From Eledone cirrhosa (Eukaryota): 64,000 nucleotides of DNA. Location: contig OZ024753.1 of the NCBI GenBank assembly GCA_964016885.1, forward strand, positions 7,812,001 to 7,876,000. The letters run 5' to 3'. The notes under the pieces were generated by a model, which had not been told where the DNA came from, made no database searches, and saw only the letters and a program-made list of their open reading frames with translations. Positions 25,086 through 39,335 of this stretch are shown here, piece by piece. The first letter of the stretch is position 1; each line of letters starts with the position of its first letter. A program made the position numbers and the translations under genes.

Positions 25086-26104
25086 GTTGTATACAGATAT
25101 TAACTCATCAATCCCATTGTCCTAATATGAATGTTAAATGGATGTGCTAGATGTGGTCATCTATGTACCAATAAATTCTGAAAAGGGGTTGATGTTAGGA
25201 CTTCCAAGATAACCAAATGTTGAAACCATATCAAAGTAGAATGTATGTGCTAGAGGTTCACATCAGATCCAATCTAGGAAGACTGTAAACTCTGAATAAA
25301 AATTGGTTTGGTTAGAGTATTCACCATTCCAGCCTTTGCCACCATGGAAAGCAAATGTAAAATATTGATGATATATATTAACACACACATGCACAAACAA
25401 TCATACACACACATATATGCACACACTGATAGGCAGCAGATTAAATAACTAGAAGAAAAAGAAATGTCTTTGAAGATTATCTTGAAGAGGGAGGTGAGGG
25501 AGGGAGAGATTGTATAATCATAGAAGTATTAAATTTTGTATGTGAAGTATGTAAAACTCTTTACTGTTGAAATCTTTGATATGGACCCCATAATCTGAAC
25601 GGTGTTAAAGTTGAATATTTTAATAGAAGGGATGTAAAGTATATTACTGAAAGAATGATAAAGAATTTCCATTTATATTGAATTTTATATCTAGTTTTTG
25701 CTGTGTGACATGATTGTTTAAGTAAAGCTAAGATAGAATTAGAAAGTTGAAGAGATGAATTTGCTGTGATAAAAATCGCAGGAGAGAAAATAAAATATAG
25801 CCTGACAATTATCTGAGAATTATCTGGAAGAGAGAATGTGTTGATCAATTTCTTTTACTTTCACTATTTTGCATCTGTTTTTCATCTTGGCACGAGTTGG
25901 ATGGAATTGCAAAATTGAACATAAATTCATTGACCAGTCATCTCAGGCAAAGTGCCCTTCTAATGCCAAACACTTTATCATGGAAAAATCAAATCAGAAG
26001 CTCTTGTATTGTGTAACGCTTGAAGCAGTCAATGTGCTCAATTATTTTCATTTATTATAAAATCTCTTGGTGATTTTCCATTGTCTGTTTCGAAAAATGG
26101 AAGC

Positions 26105-26460
26105 TATTCTGTGTTTGATCATCCTTTTTATGTTCTTTGTAAGGGTTATCTGAGGCTCAGTTTTATTCTGAAGAACAGTTCTAGGAAGCATAGATGATGT
26201 TTATTCTGTATTTGATCATCCTTTTTATATTCTTTGTGGGGGTTATCTGAGGCTCAGTTAAAGGTTTTATTCTGAAGAACAGTTCTAGGAAACACAAATG
26301 CTGTTTATTTTGTGATTGATCGTCATTTGTTGATTGATCATCATTAATCATCATTTGTTGATTGATCATTATTGATCATCATTTGTTGGGATTATCTGAG
26401 GCTCAGGGTTTTATTCTGAAGAACAGTTCTAGGATGCACAGATGTTATTCTCTGTTTTGA
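26105..26460 (+). repeat. Local imperfect tandem duplication (~100-bp unit with TTATCTGAGGCTCAG...TTCTGAAGAACAGTTCTAGGA)
   Basis: Three partial copies. Confidence 0.7.
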
Positions 26461-26787
26461 TATGTGTGTGCGTGTATATATGTGTATGTGTGTGTATGTA
26501 TGTGTGTGTGTGTATGTGTGCGTGTGTATGTGTGTATATGTGTGTGTGTGTATATGTGTCTGGGTTTGTGTGTGTATATATATATATATATAATATATAG
26601 GAGTGAAGAGTAAAGTCAAACACTCCCTCTAGTGTGTCCTGTCAGAAGCAATCGTCTCCAACTGCTATAATTTTTTAGCACTAGTTTGGATCTTAGGGAG
26701 AATTTATTGTTGCATAAAATTTTCTTCATTTGCTTGAATACTTCTGAAAATTAGTCCTTATATATATATATTATTTAATACATCAGT

Positions 26788-27190
26788 ATGGTGGATTGGC
26801 AGTATTGGTAGAGAGTCGGACATGCTTTTCAGCATAGTTACGTCCCCTTACGATCTGAGTTCAAATCCTGCCGAGGTTAACTTTGCCTTTCACCCTTACG
26901 GGGGGTCGATAAAATAAAGTACCAGTAACGTACTGGGATAATTGCTGGCCTGGTGCCTAAAGTAGAAACAATTATTACTATTATTTCTATTACTGTTGGC
27001 AGTGGACTGACAGTATCAGTAAAGGGTTGGATGCCCTGTTTTGCAGCATAGAGTTACTGCACTTTATAATCTGAGTTCAAATCCCGCCGAGGTTAACTTT
27101 GCCTTTCATCCTTACATGGGTCTATAAAATAAAGTACCAGTAACGTACTAGGTAATTGCTGGCCTCGTACCAAAAGTAGAAACAATTATT
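26788..27190 (+). mobile_element. Head-to-tail S2 SINE dimer
   Basis: Two S2 units enclosed by TTATTTAATACATCAGTA at 26771-26788 and 27186-27203. Confidence 0.88.
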
Positions 27191-28332
27191 TAATACATCA
27201 GTAAGTCGATTATTCATCTATATCTCTTTCTCGCTTCGATTCTCCCACTTTTTATCCTTCTCTAGAATAAATCTGATGTGTTCAGACTTGGAGATGAGCT
27301 CTGCCAGGCTTAAAAGAATACCCAAGAAATGGCATATGCCACTACAGCTCCCCTACAACTCCTTCAGGAGGTACAGTACAAAACCATATCAATGAAAACA
27401 TCTCTCCTGCACACCTAATAAAATTCCTTTTATACCAAGAGGTGGTGAAGGCGTTACATCACCTCTTTCATATATTACCATCTGTCTGCTCAAGAAATGC
27501 TGTAGGCCACTACCATATCCCTACAAATCTGTCAGGAGTTACAGGACCATACCAATGTACCATGTGTGAATGGGTTATTGGACTAAAGTTTTGAAACTAA
27601 GACTAATTTGAGCAGCAACTCTATAGCTGTATCATTGATCTCATCCTCTTCTTTTAATCAACTAGTTTTTTCGTTGTTGTTATTCTTTCTCATTATCATT
27701 CAGAATGGTATAGTTGAGAACATTTTGACAGGAATACTAATGGAAAATGATAAAATGTACAGGCAGCAGCAGTGAAACCAATATTAAATGTAGAGTTTCT
27801 ATTTGTATGCTATAAAAATAAGAATCTACATTTCGCTTTGGGAGGAAAGTGAAATCATTTTAAGAAACTATCAACAGATTTCGAGAAATACTCCATGGTT
27901 CTAAAGATTTGTTTTAGCAATACAAACTAGAAGCTTCTTATCTACATACAACTCACAAGAAATCTGACCACTCTTTCTTCTGCCAATTTTAAAAGAAAAA
28001 CTTTCTATTTTCAAAAAGATGCAAAAGTCCATAAATTGCCTAACACAAGAAATTCCTTAGGTTCTTAAAATGTATGGAGGTGTGGAGTGGGCGATTGGAA
28101 TAAGAACTGATGGGAGATGTAGTAAATGTATTCTAAGCAGTTGAAAATCCCCAAGCGGATTATTGTCGATGACTAATCCTGTGAGAAACTTTTCTAAGCA
28201 TAGCAATAACTATATCTGTGGATGTGTATCATTCTGTCTATGCTATGTTGTTGTTGTTGTTGTTGTTTATTGTCAACGAAATTTGAAAATTATTTTAGAA
28301 CTTTTCAATCCAATTTTGTGTCAGTTGCTTAC

Positions 28333-28751
28333 CTTCTTCTTTTCGTATCTTCGAAGCATGTGCTTATATGACAGTTTCCCATTTCTTTACACAGTCCTTT
28401 GCATTATTATTAAATTCTGCGAGATCTTTTAAGCTGCACTGGTTGGGTAGTAGAGGGCAAACAAGGCAGTGCTGCATTGTATGGTCCTCCTCTCCGCATT
28501 CACAGACAGTTGGGCCCCGGTCTTGTAGCCCCATCTGGCCATAGCAGCTTTTGATCGCCTCATTCCTGTTCTCAGGTGGTTGAGTGTCTTCCACTGGACT
28601 CCATGGTGCTTCTGAGCCGGGAGGGAGGGCTTCAGGAAGGGGGGGGGGGCGGTTCCCATGTCAATAGGAGGGGAGTCATTATCTAGCTTTCTAGTCCATA
28701 GCTGTAGTCTGGTTTCTTCCTGAGATGTTGTTAGGGGCTGGACATGGCTGA
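28333..28751 (-). mobile_element. Vingi/Ingi-like (I-group) LINE 3' fragment
   Basis: WKTLNHLRTGMRRSKAAMARWGY then (frameshift) CECGEEDHTMQHCLVCP zinc knuckle; 3' end ATACGAAAAGAAGAAG; second copy at 51757-52170; the clade call is from recalled motifs. Confidence 0.72.
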
Positions 28752-28797
28752 AATACAGGGTATTGGTCACATCTGTTTCATTTAGATTTAGTATGTA

Positions 28798-29256
28798 ACA
28801 CGCACGCACGCACGCACGCGTGTGTATATATGTGTGTATGTGTGTGTGTGTATATATGTGTATGTGTGTGTATATATGTGTGTGTGTGTGTGTGTATATA
28901 TGTGTATGTGTGTGTGTATATATATATATGTGTGTGTATATATGTGTGTGTGTATATACGTGTGTGTGTATATACGTGTGTGTGTATATATGTGTGTGTG
29001 TATATATGTGTATGTGTGTGTGTGTATATATGTGTGTGTGTGTGTGTGTATATATGTGTATGTGTGTGTGTATATATATATATGTGTGTGTATATATGTG
29101 TGTGTGTATATACGTGTGTGTGTATATACGTGTGTGTGTATATATGTGTGTGTGTATATATGTGTATGTGTGTGTATATATATATATATATGTGTGTATG
29201 TGTGTGTATATATATATATATATGTGTGTGTGTGTATATATATATATATGTGTGTA

Positions 29257-29286
<30 letters not shown>
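28798..29286. repeat. (TG)n/(TA)n compound microsatellite
   Basis: Direct reading. Confidence 0.95.
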
Positions 29287-29287
<1 letters not shown>

Positions 29288-29655
29288 CATCACCATCATC
29301 GTTTAACGTCTATCTTCCCCGCTAGCATGGGTTTAGACGGGAATTGTCCCACGTGAGGCAAGATTGGTTGTCTTGCTTGTATAGCTGTGGGTCCCGTCAG
29401 AAGCAACCTGCCTCCAACTGATCCACTTCGATCCCAAAGTGTGACCAACCAAGCTCATAGATATTGTCCAGCCATCTTGCTCACTGTCTACCTCTGGGTC
29501 TCCTACCTGGTGGCTTCACCCATAAAATCTGTCCAGCATTTCTTTCCTGAGACATTCTAACCCCCTCTGTCATATCAGAGTTGTGATATCTCAATTCAGA
29601 GAAGTAGTGGCTCTACCTGGAGGGATGCTCTGATTTCTGAGCTACACACTTTATA
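29287..29655 (-). mobile_element. RTE-B LINE 3' end (C-terminal coding remnant + 3' UTR + (GAT)n tail)
   Basis: Homologous to 12455-12880; the tail GACGTTAAACGATGATG abuts a TA tract. Confidence 0.8.
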
Positions 29656-29664
29656 ACCCATTCT

Positions 29665-29905
29665 TAGCAATGAGAGAGGAGAGGAAGGGAGCACCCGTTC
29701 TTTGTGCTCCTGAAGAGGAGGGTTGCATATTTTTTCGGGGGTGTGTGCGACCCACGTCAACGCCCCCTCCCTATTGAGGATTTTGATTGTTAAATTTAAT
29801 TTATTATATGTTTTTTACACGGCTTTTGAAATGTATGTAAACTCCCCCCTTTGTATTTGTCCCAATCTCTGATCCCCTGGTGGCAAATAAATAGAAAATA
29901 ATATC
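29665..29905 (+). mobile_element. Probable L1/Tx1-like LINE 3' UTR fragment
   Basis: Shares CCCTCC(C)TATTG(A/G)GGA(A)TTTT with the 46406-46735 fragment; ends AATAAATAGAAA. Confidence 0.45.
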
Positions 29906-30099
29906 TTAATTCCTTTCAGACTTTCCATCAACTGCAGTTTATGCCTCTTTGTTGTGAATGGGGTGTGTTAAGGTTCTCAACCAAACTCTCAGGTTTACCT
30001 AGCTGTTTAAAATATGCATTAATTAATATACCTGGACATGTTACCTGTGGCACATAAATAAGCTCCTTGTCACAGCTGACATTTGCCATTTATATGTTA

Positions 30100-30395
30100 A
30101 TAATTGTTTCTACTTTTGGCACAAGGCCAGCAATTATCCCGGTGCATTACTGGTACTTTATTTCATTGACCCCGTTAGGATGAAAGGCTAGGATTAACCT
30201 CGGCAGGATTTGAAGTCAGAACGTCAAGGGCCATAACTCTGTGCCGGAAGCATAGCCTCCAACCCTCTTCCAATACTGCCAATCCACCGCCTCTAAATAA
30301 TTGTTTCTACTTTTGGCACAAGGCCAGCAATTACCCAGTACATTACTGGTACTTTTTTTTATCGCCCCCGTAAGGATGAAAGGCAAAGTTGACCT
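30100..30395 (-). mobile_element. S2 SINE plus partial tandem S2
   Basis: S2 consensus on the minus strand. Confidence 0.85.
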
Positions 30396-31082
30396 TAAAT
30401 AATGGCATGAAACTCACTGCAAAACAGGGTCTTTTATGAATTTCTAACATTGAGTTTATATAGTTTGGGGATTTTGTGGTGGAGGTAGTGGTGAGAGGAA
30501 GTATACCATAGGTAGTTGGTGGTGGTAGTAATGGTGGGAAAGGGTATAGAGTGGGGAGTTGTTGGTGATGGCAGGGAGAGATGAGGCAGTGTTGGAGACA
30601 TTTCCCTTCATTTACATAAACAGCTTGCGGAGAGTTGTAAGAATGTCAGATTTTAAGTAGGTTTAGTCAGCAAATGGCTTTAAGTGCCAGTAGTTTGTTG
30701 ATGGTAGCTAATTGCTGTGAGCGGAATGTTTGTTCAAAACTCGGAAGATATGTGCATCGAAACTGGACACAATTTCCTGACACCTGTAAGATAGTTAATG
30801 CTGTTTGGCTGATCAATGAACTTTTAATTGCATTGTGTCACATTAAAACTAGAGCGGGACTTGTGCAGCTTTAAGCTCTAACTCTAGTGATTATCAGTGT
30901 TATGTCACTTGATATATGTAAGTGTTTATAGTAGGATGCAAAGTGGATGGTATAGTTAATTATCTTTTAATTTCCTGTCGACACTAGAAAGGGATTTGGG
31001 AACCTTACAATATCCTTTGTAATTCTGGATTAATTCTGCTGCCTATATATATATATATATACACATACAAACCTATATATGC

Positions 31083-31129
<47 letters not shown>

Positions 31130-31664
31130 CATACATATACATACCTACACATATATACACACACTCATTTCCTCACACTGATCACTGATGGTTACAAATG
31201 GTTATGCATACACACACACATATAAATATATATAGGACATTAAAACGTTGATGATGATGATATGTATAAATATCCCATGGGCTCATGAATAGATTGAACA
31301 CTTTATAAATATACATATACATTTCCTTTGTATTTACTTTACCTATCTGAACCACACATATGCACAGAAGAAAATTTACTGGTTTATAGTTACAAGTGTT
31401 TGACAAATCATGCAAATAGCATTGTACAGTTTAATTCTGATCTATTAACTAACTTCAACGTATGTATAAATGCTAATCAGAATACATGTGCGCCCTTGTA
31501 CATGTGAAGCAATATGGAAATATTTAGATTAATGATACTGCTGTAGCTACTATAGTATACAGTTTAATCTGTTGACTGCTGTTTATATTTTACACATCTA
31601 CAGTTGCTGTGCTGGGGTTTTCTTTTTAATATTTTAATAAAATAACTATGTTAATTGCCACCTA

Positions 31665-32235
31665 GCTTTGCAGTTATGAACTGTTGGAAACGAGTTCATA
31701 ACTTTGCGGTTATGAACTGTTGGAAACGAGTTCATAACTTTGTGGTTATGAACTGTTGGAAACGAGTTCATAACTTTGCAGTTATGAACTGTTGGAAACG
31801 AGTTCATAACTTTGTGGTTATGAACTGTTGGAAACGAGTTCATAACTTTGCTGTTATGAACTGTTGGAAACGAGTTCATAACTTTGCGGTTATGAACTGT
31901 TGGAAACGAGTTCATAACTTTGTGGTTATGAACTGTTGGAAACGAGTTCATAACTTTGCAGTTATGAACTGTTGGAAACGAGTTCATAACTTTGCGGTTA
32001 TGAACTGTTAGAAACGAGTTCATAACTTTGCGGTTATGAACTGTTGGAAACGAGTTCATAACTTTGCAGTTATGAACTGTTGGAAACAAGTTCATAACTT
32101 TGCGGTTATGAACTGTTGGAAACAAGTTCATAACTTTGCGGTTATGAACTGTTGGAAACAAGTTCATAACTTTGCGGTTATGAACTGTTGGAAACGAGTT
32201 CATAACTTTGAAGATATGAACCGCTGGAAAGGTGT
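31665..32235. repeat. 36-bp tandem repeat with an internal palindrome (GTTATGAACT-GTTGGAAACG-AGTTCATAAC), ~15 copies
   Basis: Direct reading; no unique spacers. Confidence 0.95.
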
Positions 32236-32500
32236 TCAAACATGTTAGGATGAGTTATCTTGTCTGCGGCACTGAAAGGTTAATTCTGATCTATTAACTA
32301 ACTTGAATGTATGTATAAATGGTAATCGGAATACATGTGCATCCTTGTATATGTGAGGTAGTATGGAAATGTTTAGATTACTGGTACTGCTGAAGCTACT
32401 CATCTATTACATGTACTGTATACATGTAACCAACCCATAGGCAATGAATTGGCAGTCATTAGAATAGTAGGTGCTTATCTTAGTGGTAAGGGTGTTGAAC

Positions 32501-32728
32501 TTAACCTTTTAGCATTTAAACCGGCCATATCAGGCCAGAATTCTCTCACCTCTTTCTGTTCAAACTGGCCATGACTGGCCACTCATACTAATGTTAAGGT
32601 ATTGTTCTCAAAATAATATCAATCAAAATCTCATAGATTCTATATTATGTGAGATACTATGTGAGGTAAAGACTTTACCATGAAAATACAATAGTATATA
32701 TAGAATAATGTAAATGGTAAAGGGTTAA
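32501..32728 (+). mobile_element. piggyBac-like MITE family M1
   Basis: TTAA-CC(C/T)TTTAGCATTTA ... TAAATGGTAAAGGG-TTAA termini; copies at 39336-39745, 41324-41538, 52743-52958, 58827-59031, 59092-59319. Confidence 0.82.
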
Positions 32729-32732
32729 AATC

Positions 32733-32912
32733 ATAATTGTTTCTACTTTAGGCACAAGGCCAGCAATTACCCAGTGCATTACTGGTACTTTATTTTATCG
32801 ACCCCGTAAGGATGAAAGGCAAAGTCAACCTCGGCGGGATTTGAACTCAGATCGTAAAGGGACGTAACTATGCTGGAAAGCATGGCGTCCGACCCTCTAC
32901 CGATACTGCCAA
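32733..32912 (-). mobile_element. S2 SINE
   Basis: S2 consensus. Confidence 0.9.
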
Positions 32913-33279
32913 TGTCATTGATTCAATTGTTATAATGGGTTGTGTGTTGTTTTATTGAGCAAAATACTTCATTTCACGTTTCACCAGTACCAGCAATATC
33001 TGAGGGTTTAACCCCGCAATAGACCGGCATCTGTCAAAGGAGGAGTCGTGTACTCTGTCGGAAACCAGATGGATGAGTCTCCAGGTTCCAGACGAACTTT
33101 AGATTTTTCTTTTTCCAGAATATTGGATTAAATACCTCAGTATTTGTTCTGGTTTATTCCTCACTGAGGTCAAATCCTACCCAGGTCAATTTTATATTTC
33201 ATTCTTTTGAGGTCAATAAAATACCAATTAAGTATTGGGGTCTATTTTTCCTCTGTCACTCTTTATAGTTTTCTCTTGT

Positions 33280-33380
33280 TTTCTCTCTCTTTCTTTCTCT
33301 CTCCCCCTTTCTCTATCTCCCCTCTCTCTCTTTCTCTCTATCTCCCCACTCTCTCTTTCTCTCTATCTCCCCACTCTCTT

Positions 33381-33455
<75 letters not shown>

Positions 33456-33477
33456 CCCCCCTCTCTATCTCCCCTCT

Positions 33478-33541
<64 letters not shown>

Positions 33542-33656
33542 CCCTCTCTATCTCCCCTCTATCTCTTTCTTTCTCTTTCTTTTTATCACTTTCTCTCTCT
33601 CCCACTCTCTCCTCCTCTCACTCTATCTCTCTCTCGCTCTCTCTTTATCTCTCTCT
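33280..33656. repeat. (CT)n polypyrimidine tract
   Basis: Direct reading. Confidence 0.93.
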
Positions 33657-33874
33657 AGAATAACTCGACTGTATTGAGATGTGGAGCGGGATGGTCTCAG
33701 GTTTGAAATACCCAAGCAATGTGTCTCTGAACAATGCCCTTTGCGACTTCATCAGGAATTAAATCATTTCCTTTCTTTCCTTTCCTTCCCTGTACTGTGT
33801 TTACCGCATCATCTAACATTCTAACAATAGAAACAGTTTCGATATTTCTGTAAAATCTATAAACTCCATAAACA

Positions 33875-34160
33875 ACCCCCCCCCCCCCCCCCCTCTCTCT
33901 TTCTTCCTCCATCCACCACAAAAACACCTCTCTTAACTCCATCCACCCCAAGCCACCCTCTTCAACACCCCTCTTCCCCCATCCACCCCCAAAACACCTC
34001 TTCCCCCTACGCCCACACCCCATCTTCCCCCATCCGCCACAAAAGCACCCCTCTTAACTCTACCCACCCCATAACCACTTTCTTCCCCCCCATTCGCCAC
34101 AACCCCCTCTACCCCTCCTCCACCAAAAAAACCCTCTTCCCGTGCCCCCCCCCCCCCCAA
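33875..34160. repeat. C-rich low-complexity tract (G-rich on the minus strand)
   Basis: Many C4-C18 runs. Confidence 0.8.
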
Positions 34161-34231
34161 AAAAAAAACTAAGCCGAGAGTTCCTAGATCAATTTTACTC
34201 TTTGAATATTTCCTGGCTGGAGGAAGTAAAA

Positions 34232-34833
34232 TAATGGTTTCTTATGTAGGCACAAGGCCAGCAATTTGGTGAGAGAGGGAAGTCGATCGAATCGACCCCA
34301 GTGCGTGACTGGTACTTTATTTTATCTACCCCGTAAGGATGAAAGGCAAAGTTAATCTCTGCGGGATTTGAACTCAGATCATAAAGGACCATAACTCTAT
34401 GCTGCACAGCATGGCGTCTGATGCTCTACCGATACTGCCAATCCACCATCCTTAAATAATTGTTTCTACTTTTGGCACAAGGCCAGGAATTATTTCAGTG
34501 TATTACTGGTACTTTATTTTATCGACCCCCAGTAAGGATGAAAGGCAAAGTTAACCTCGGCGGGATTTGAACTCAGACCGTAAAGGGCCGTACCTCTCTG
34601 CTGCAAAGCATGGCGTCCGACCCTCTACCGATACTACCAATTCTAATAATTGTTTCTACTTTAGGCACAAGGCCAGCAATTACCCAGTACATTACTGGTA
34701 CTTTATTTTATCGACTCCCCCCCAGTAAGGATGAAAGGCAAAGTGAACCTCGGCTGGATTTGAACTCATACCGTAAAGGGCCGTACCTCTCTGCTGCAAA
34801 GCATGGCGTCCAACCCTCTACCAATACTGCCAA
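34232..34833 (-). mobile_element. Head-to-tail trimer of S2 SINEs
   Basis: Three consecutive S2 units (~34232-34450, 34455-34640, 34645-34833). Confidence 0.9.
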
Positions 34834-35194
34834 TAAAAAGAACATCTAGAAGATATGTCTTTTTCTCTCTGTTTTCACTTATGCGAAAAAAAAACAAAAA
34901 AACTATTCTGTTCTGTTTAAATATCACCTTCTCCTATATTTTCCTCTCCACATAGTAATGTTACTAGATGCATAACACTGTTCTTTCTTTTGTGTCAGCA
35001 AGCTTTTCTTTTCTATTTGGTGTTGTTTTTGGTTCTGATCTTCTTTTTTTTTGGTTTTTTGTTTGTTTTCTGTGTTTTCTTTTTTTTTGGGGGGGGGGGG
35101 GGGGATTTTTCTCTGTTTGATGAACTGAATTCTCAAATCAACAGAACTCTAATTGTCCATTTTGCTGGACCAGTGATTAAAGTTATAGAAACAT

Positions 35195-36195
<1,001 letters not shown>

Positions 36196-36798
36196 GACAA
36201 ATGTCACATTTCGTGTGTGAGTTAGTGTGTTAATATTGATAGGTTATCTTCTGATATTTTGATTCCAGCCTTAAACTATTGATTTTTATTTTCTGGTTTT
36301 GAGTCCTTCGTGAATAATGGCATTGAATACTTTTGGATGTTTGCTTTGTCTTGGTTTATTTCACTTGTTTGTTTTACTTTTTACCTAAACGTTGTCTATA
36401 CCTCCTACACTAAAACTGAGATCCCGTTGTCATTTCTATAGCCTGCTGTCTTAGCACAATGTTATACTAACATCCCTCAAGACTACAAACACATCAATAA
36501 ACAAATGTATTTTTAGAATATTGATCTCTCTCCTTCTATATATATATATATCTATATATCTATATATCTATAAATATTGATAAAATTTCAAACAAATTAT
36601 CTATATGTCTATTAGTTGTCATTCACAGTTTGTGTGTCTGGGCAAAAATTATTTATGGTCCTTCAGTTTTATTACAGACATTGTCATATCAATGCTGGGT
36701 GGGTATTTGGATTCAGCTGTGCCACAATTCATAGCAATAACTTCTGTTTACCCCTCTCCACATTTTCTTTTAATCATTTTTTAGTAATAAGTACTTTT

Positions 36799-36970
36799 GT
36801 GAAGGCACATGGCTTTGTGGTTACAGCATTGGGCTTGCAATCGAAAGGTTGTGAGTTCAATTCTCGGTCTGGGTGATGTGTTGTTTCCTTGAGCAAGACA
36901 CTTTATTTCACGTTGCTCCAGTTTACTCAGCTGTAGAAATGAGATGATAGGGACTGGGGGCCCTATAATT
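36799..36970 (+). mobile_element. SINE S1 5' half
   Basis: Head and central domain match 13068-13230; lacks the LINE-derived tail. Confidence 0.85.
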
Positions 36971-37194
36971 AAATTACCCAAGACACCTCAACGAGATATA
37001 CCTTGGAGGAGGCCAGCTAAACCTGCATAGGTGTGAGCTGTCACACACACACAATAAGTACTTTTGTTGTAATGGTAGCAGAAAGGTGTTCAAGAGAGAT
37101 TCACAATGGTACAATTCATAAAGGTAGCAATTCGATGTTGGACTGATATGGTAGTAGTGATTGCTACTTCAGGAAAATGTAGATGTAATAATCT

Positions 37195-37445
37195 CCTTCC
37201 TCTTCTTCTTCGGCCGAGTTCACACTCGCAAAGATTCAGCACGCCTTCTACAATCGTCCCAGTCGAGCATGACATTTCTCAGTTCATCGATGTTATCAAT
37301 GTTGCCATCTCTCAGCAGGGCATCAATGAATGGGACGGCCTCTCTTCCCACGCTTCTTTGACCGACCGTCGGTTTCCAGAGCACAAGTTGAGATGCTGTC
37401 TCTTCTGGATGACGGAAGCAGTGCCCAGCCAGATGTGATAACTGT
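37195..37445 (-). mobile_element. RTE/RTE-X-like LINE 3' fragment with (GAA)n tail
   Basis: HLAGHCFRHPEETASQLVLWKPTVGQRSVGR...FIDALLRD...ELRNVMLDWDDCRRR* followed by GAAGAAGAAG. Confidence 0.75.
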
Positions 37446-37667
37446 AATAAGAAGAAGGTGGAGGAGGAGAAGGTGAAAAAGGCGAACAACAACAACAACA
37501 GATTTATAGGAGGGGGTCACCTGTATATTACTAATGCCCTTCTTTTTATTACCAAGAAGGATTTAAACTCAGAATGTAGTGAGAATATAGTGAGATGTAC
37601 TAAAATACTTCCCACCATTTTGTCTGGTTCCCATCATTTCCTGCTAATCCATGACACTATTTTCTTA

Positions 37668-37837
37668 AATAATTGTTTCTACTTTTGGCACAAGGCCAGC
37701 AATTACCCAGTGTATTACTGGTACTTTATTTTATCGACCCTGTAAGGATGAAAGGCGGATTTGAACTAGGATCGTAAAGGGAAGTAACTATACTGGAAAG
37801 CATGGCGGCCGTCCGACCCTCTACCGATACTGCCAAT
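37668..37837 (-). mobile_element. S2 SINE with internal deletion
   Basis: S2 consensus. Confidence 0.85.
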
Positions 37838-38249
37838 TCGTAATAATGATATTCATATTCCATGGTAGCGGAAAAGATCAGAAGGCATATTTCAAAACAT
37901 AATAAAAATTTATTTTCTTCTTCATATTAATACAAGTACAAGGTGAGAGAAGAACTGCAAACATATCACATGATCAAGTTGAACGATAAATGTAATTCTC
38001 TGCAGAGTTATATATTGAGATTACCCTCGAGTTTAGGGGGCAAGATCAAGAAAATCAGGAAACGAGTTACATGCTACTGCTCCGTAGAAGGTCCCAAATG
38101 TAACTGTGGGAGAACTGATAATTAGGCGCGAAATTGACTGTTGGGAGGAAGTCTTTCTTAATATTCCTGTGCCACCAACCCTAAAGGCTGGGGACTGACC
38201 AAACACGACCAAATTACTCTGCCGCGGTAAAGTAGCACTATTGCTTGCT

Positions 38250-39237
38250 ACAATTTCATAACCCTATTTCTAAGGAAAGACTCTGTCTATGATTCTCTAA
38301 TAATTTTGAAAGTAATCAAGAATTTGAAGATATTCAGTAATATAATCTAATTATTAAACTAGTGTTTAGAACATAATTTAACAAAGGTTCTTACAAAGAA
38401 TTATGATGGAAGGTTCTAGATAAATATACTTACTTCAAAATATACTGATCTGTATTTCAAAAGAATTTGAAAGGGCTTACTAATATAACTATCTTGTTAT
38501 TAAACTAGTGTTTGGAACATAATTTAACAAAGTTTCTTACAAAGAATTATGATGGAAGGTTCTAGATAAATATGCTTACTTCAAAATATACTGATCTGTA
38601 TTTCAAAAGAATTTGAAAGGGCTTACTAATATAACTATCTTGTTATTAAACTAGTGTTTGGAACATAATTTAACAAAGTTTCTTACAAAGAATTATGATG
38701 GAAGGTTCTAGATAAATATACTTACTTCAAAATATACTGATCTGTATTTCAAAAGAATTTGAAAGGGCTTACTAATATAACTATCTTGTTATTAAACTAG
38801 TGTTTGGAACATAATTTAACAAAGGTTCTTACATAGAATTATGGTGGAAGGTTCTAGATAAATACAGATACTTCAAAATAAACAGATTTGTATTACAAAA
38901 GAATTCGAAAAGATTTAGTAATGTAGCTTTCTTTATCATTATTAAACTCTTGTTTGGAACATAAATATTCTTGCATAAGATTATGATGGAAGATTTTTAG
39001 ATAAACATAAACACTTTAAAATATACTGTTATGTATTGCAAAAGATTTCAAAAGGATTTATTAATATAAATGATTTTCTCAGTATTAATATGTTTACAAC
39101 ATAACTTAATGAAGGTTCTTACATGAAATTATCATTAGAGGATTTTAGATAAATATAAACACTCTAAAATATTCAGTTTTGTATAACAGAGCTGGTGGTT
39201 ATGGTAGTTTCGGGTAGTTTGGCATCAAAAGAGTTAA
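38250..39237 (+). repeat. 146-bp tandem repeat (about 5.5 copies) inside a piggyBac-like M2 MITE
   Basis: TTATTAAACT recurs at 38351, 38497, 38643, 38789, 38939; ends AAAAGAG-TTAA; single-unit relative at 24062-24224. Confidence 0.85.
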
Positions 39238-39335
39238 TGGAGTTGGCTTTGGAAAATAAAAACTGTTTTGTTAGAATGAGAAGATTTTGAAAATGAGTTG
39301 TCAACTGTTTCAGATGACCAAAGGTAATTAAAGGT

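Noticed and set aside
31646-32248. CRISPR-like 36-bp palindromic repeat and repetitive ORFs
   Set aside because: Units are contiguous with no unique spacers, there are no cas genes and the context is eukaryotic; the ORFs arise because 36 is a multiple of 3
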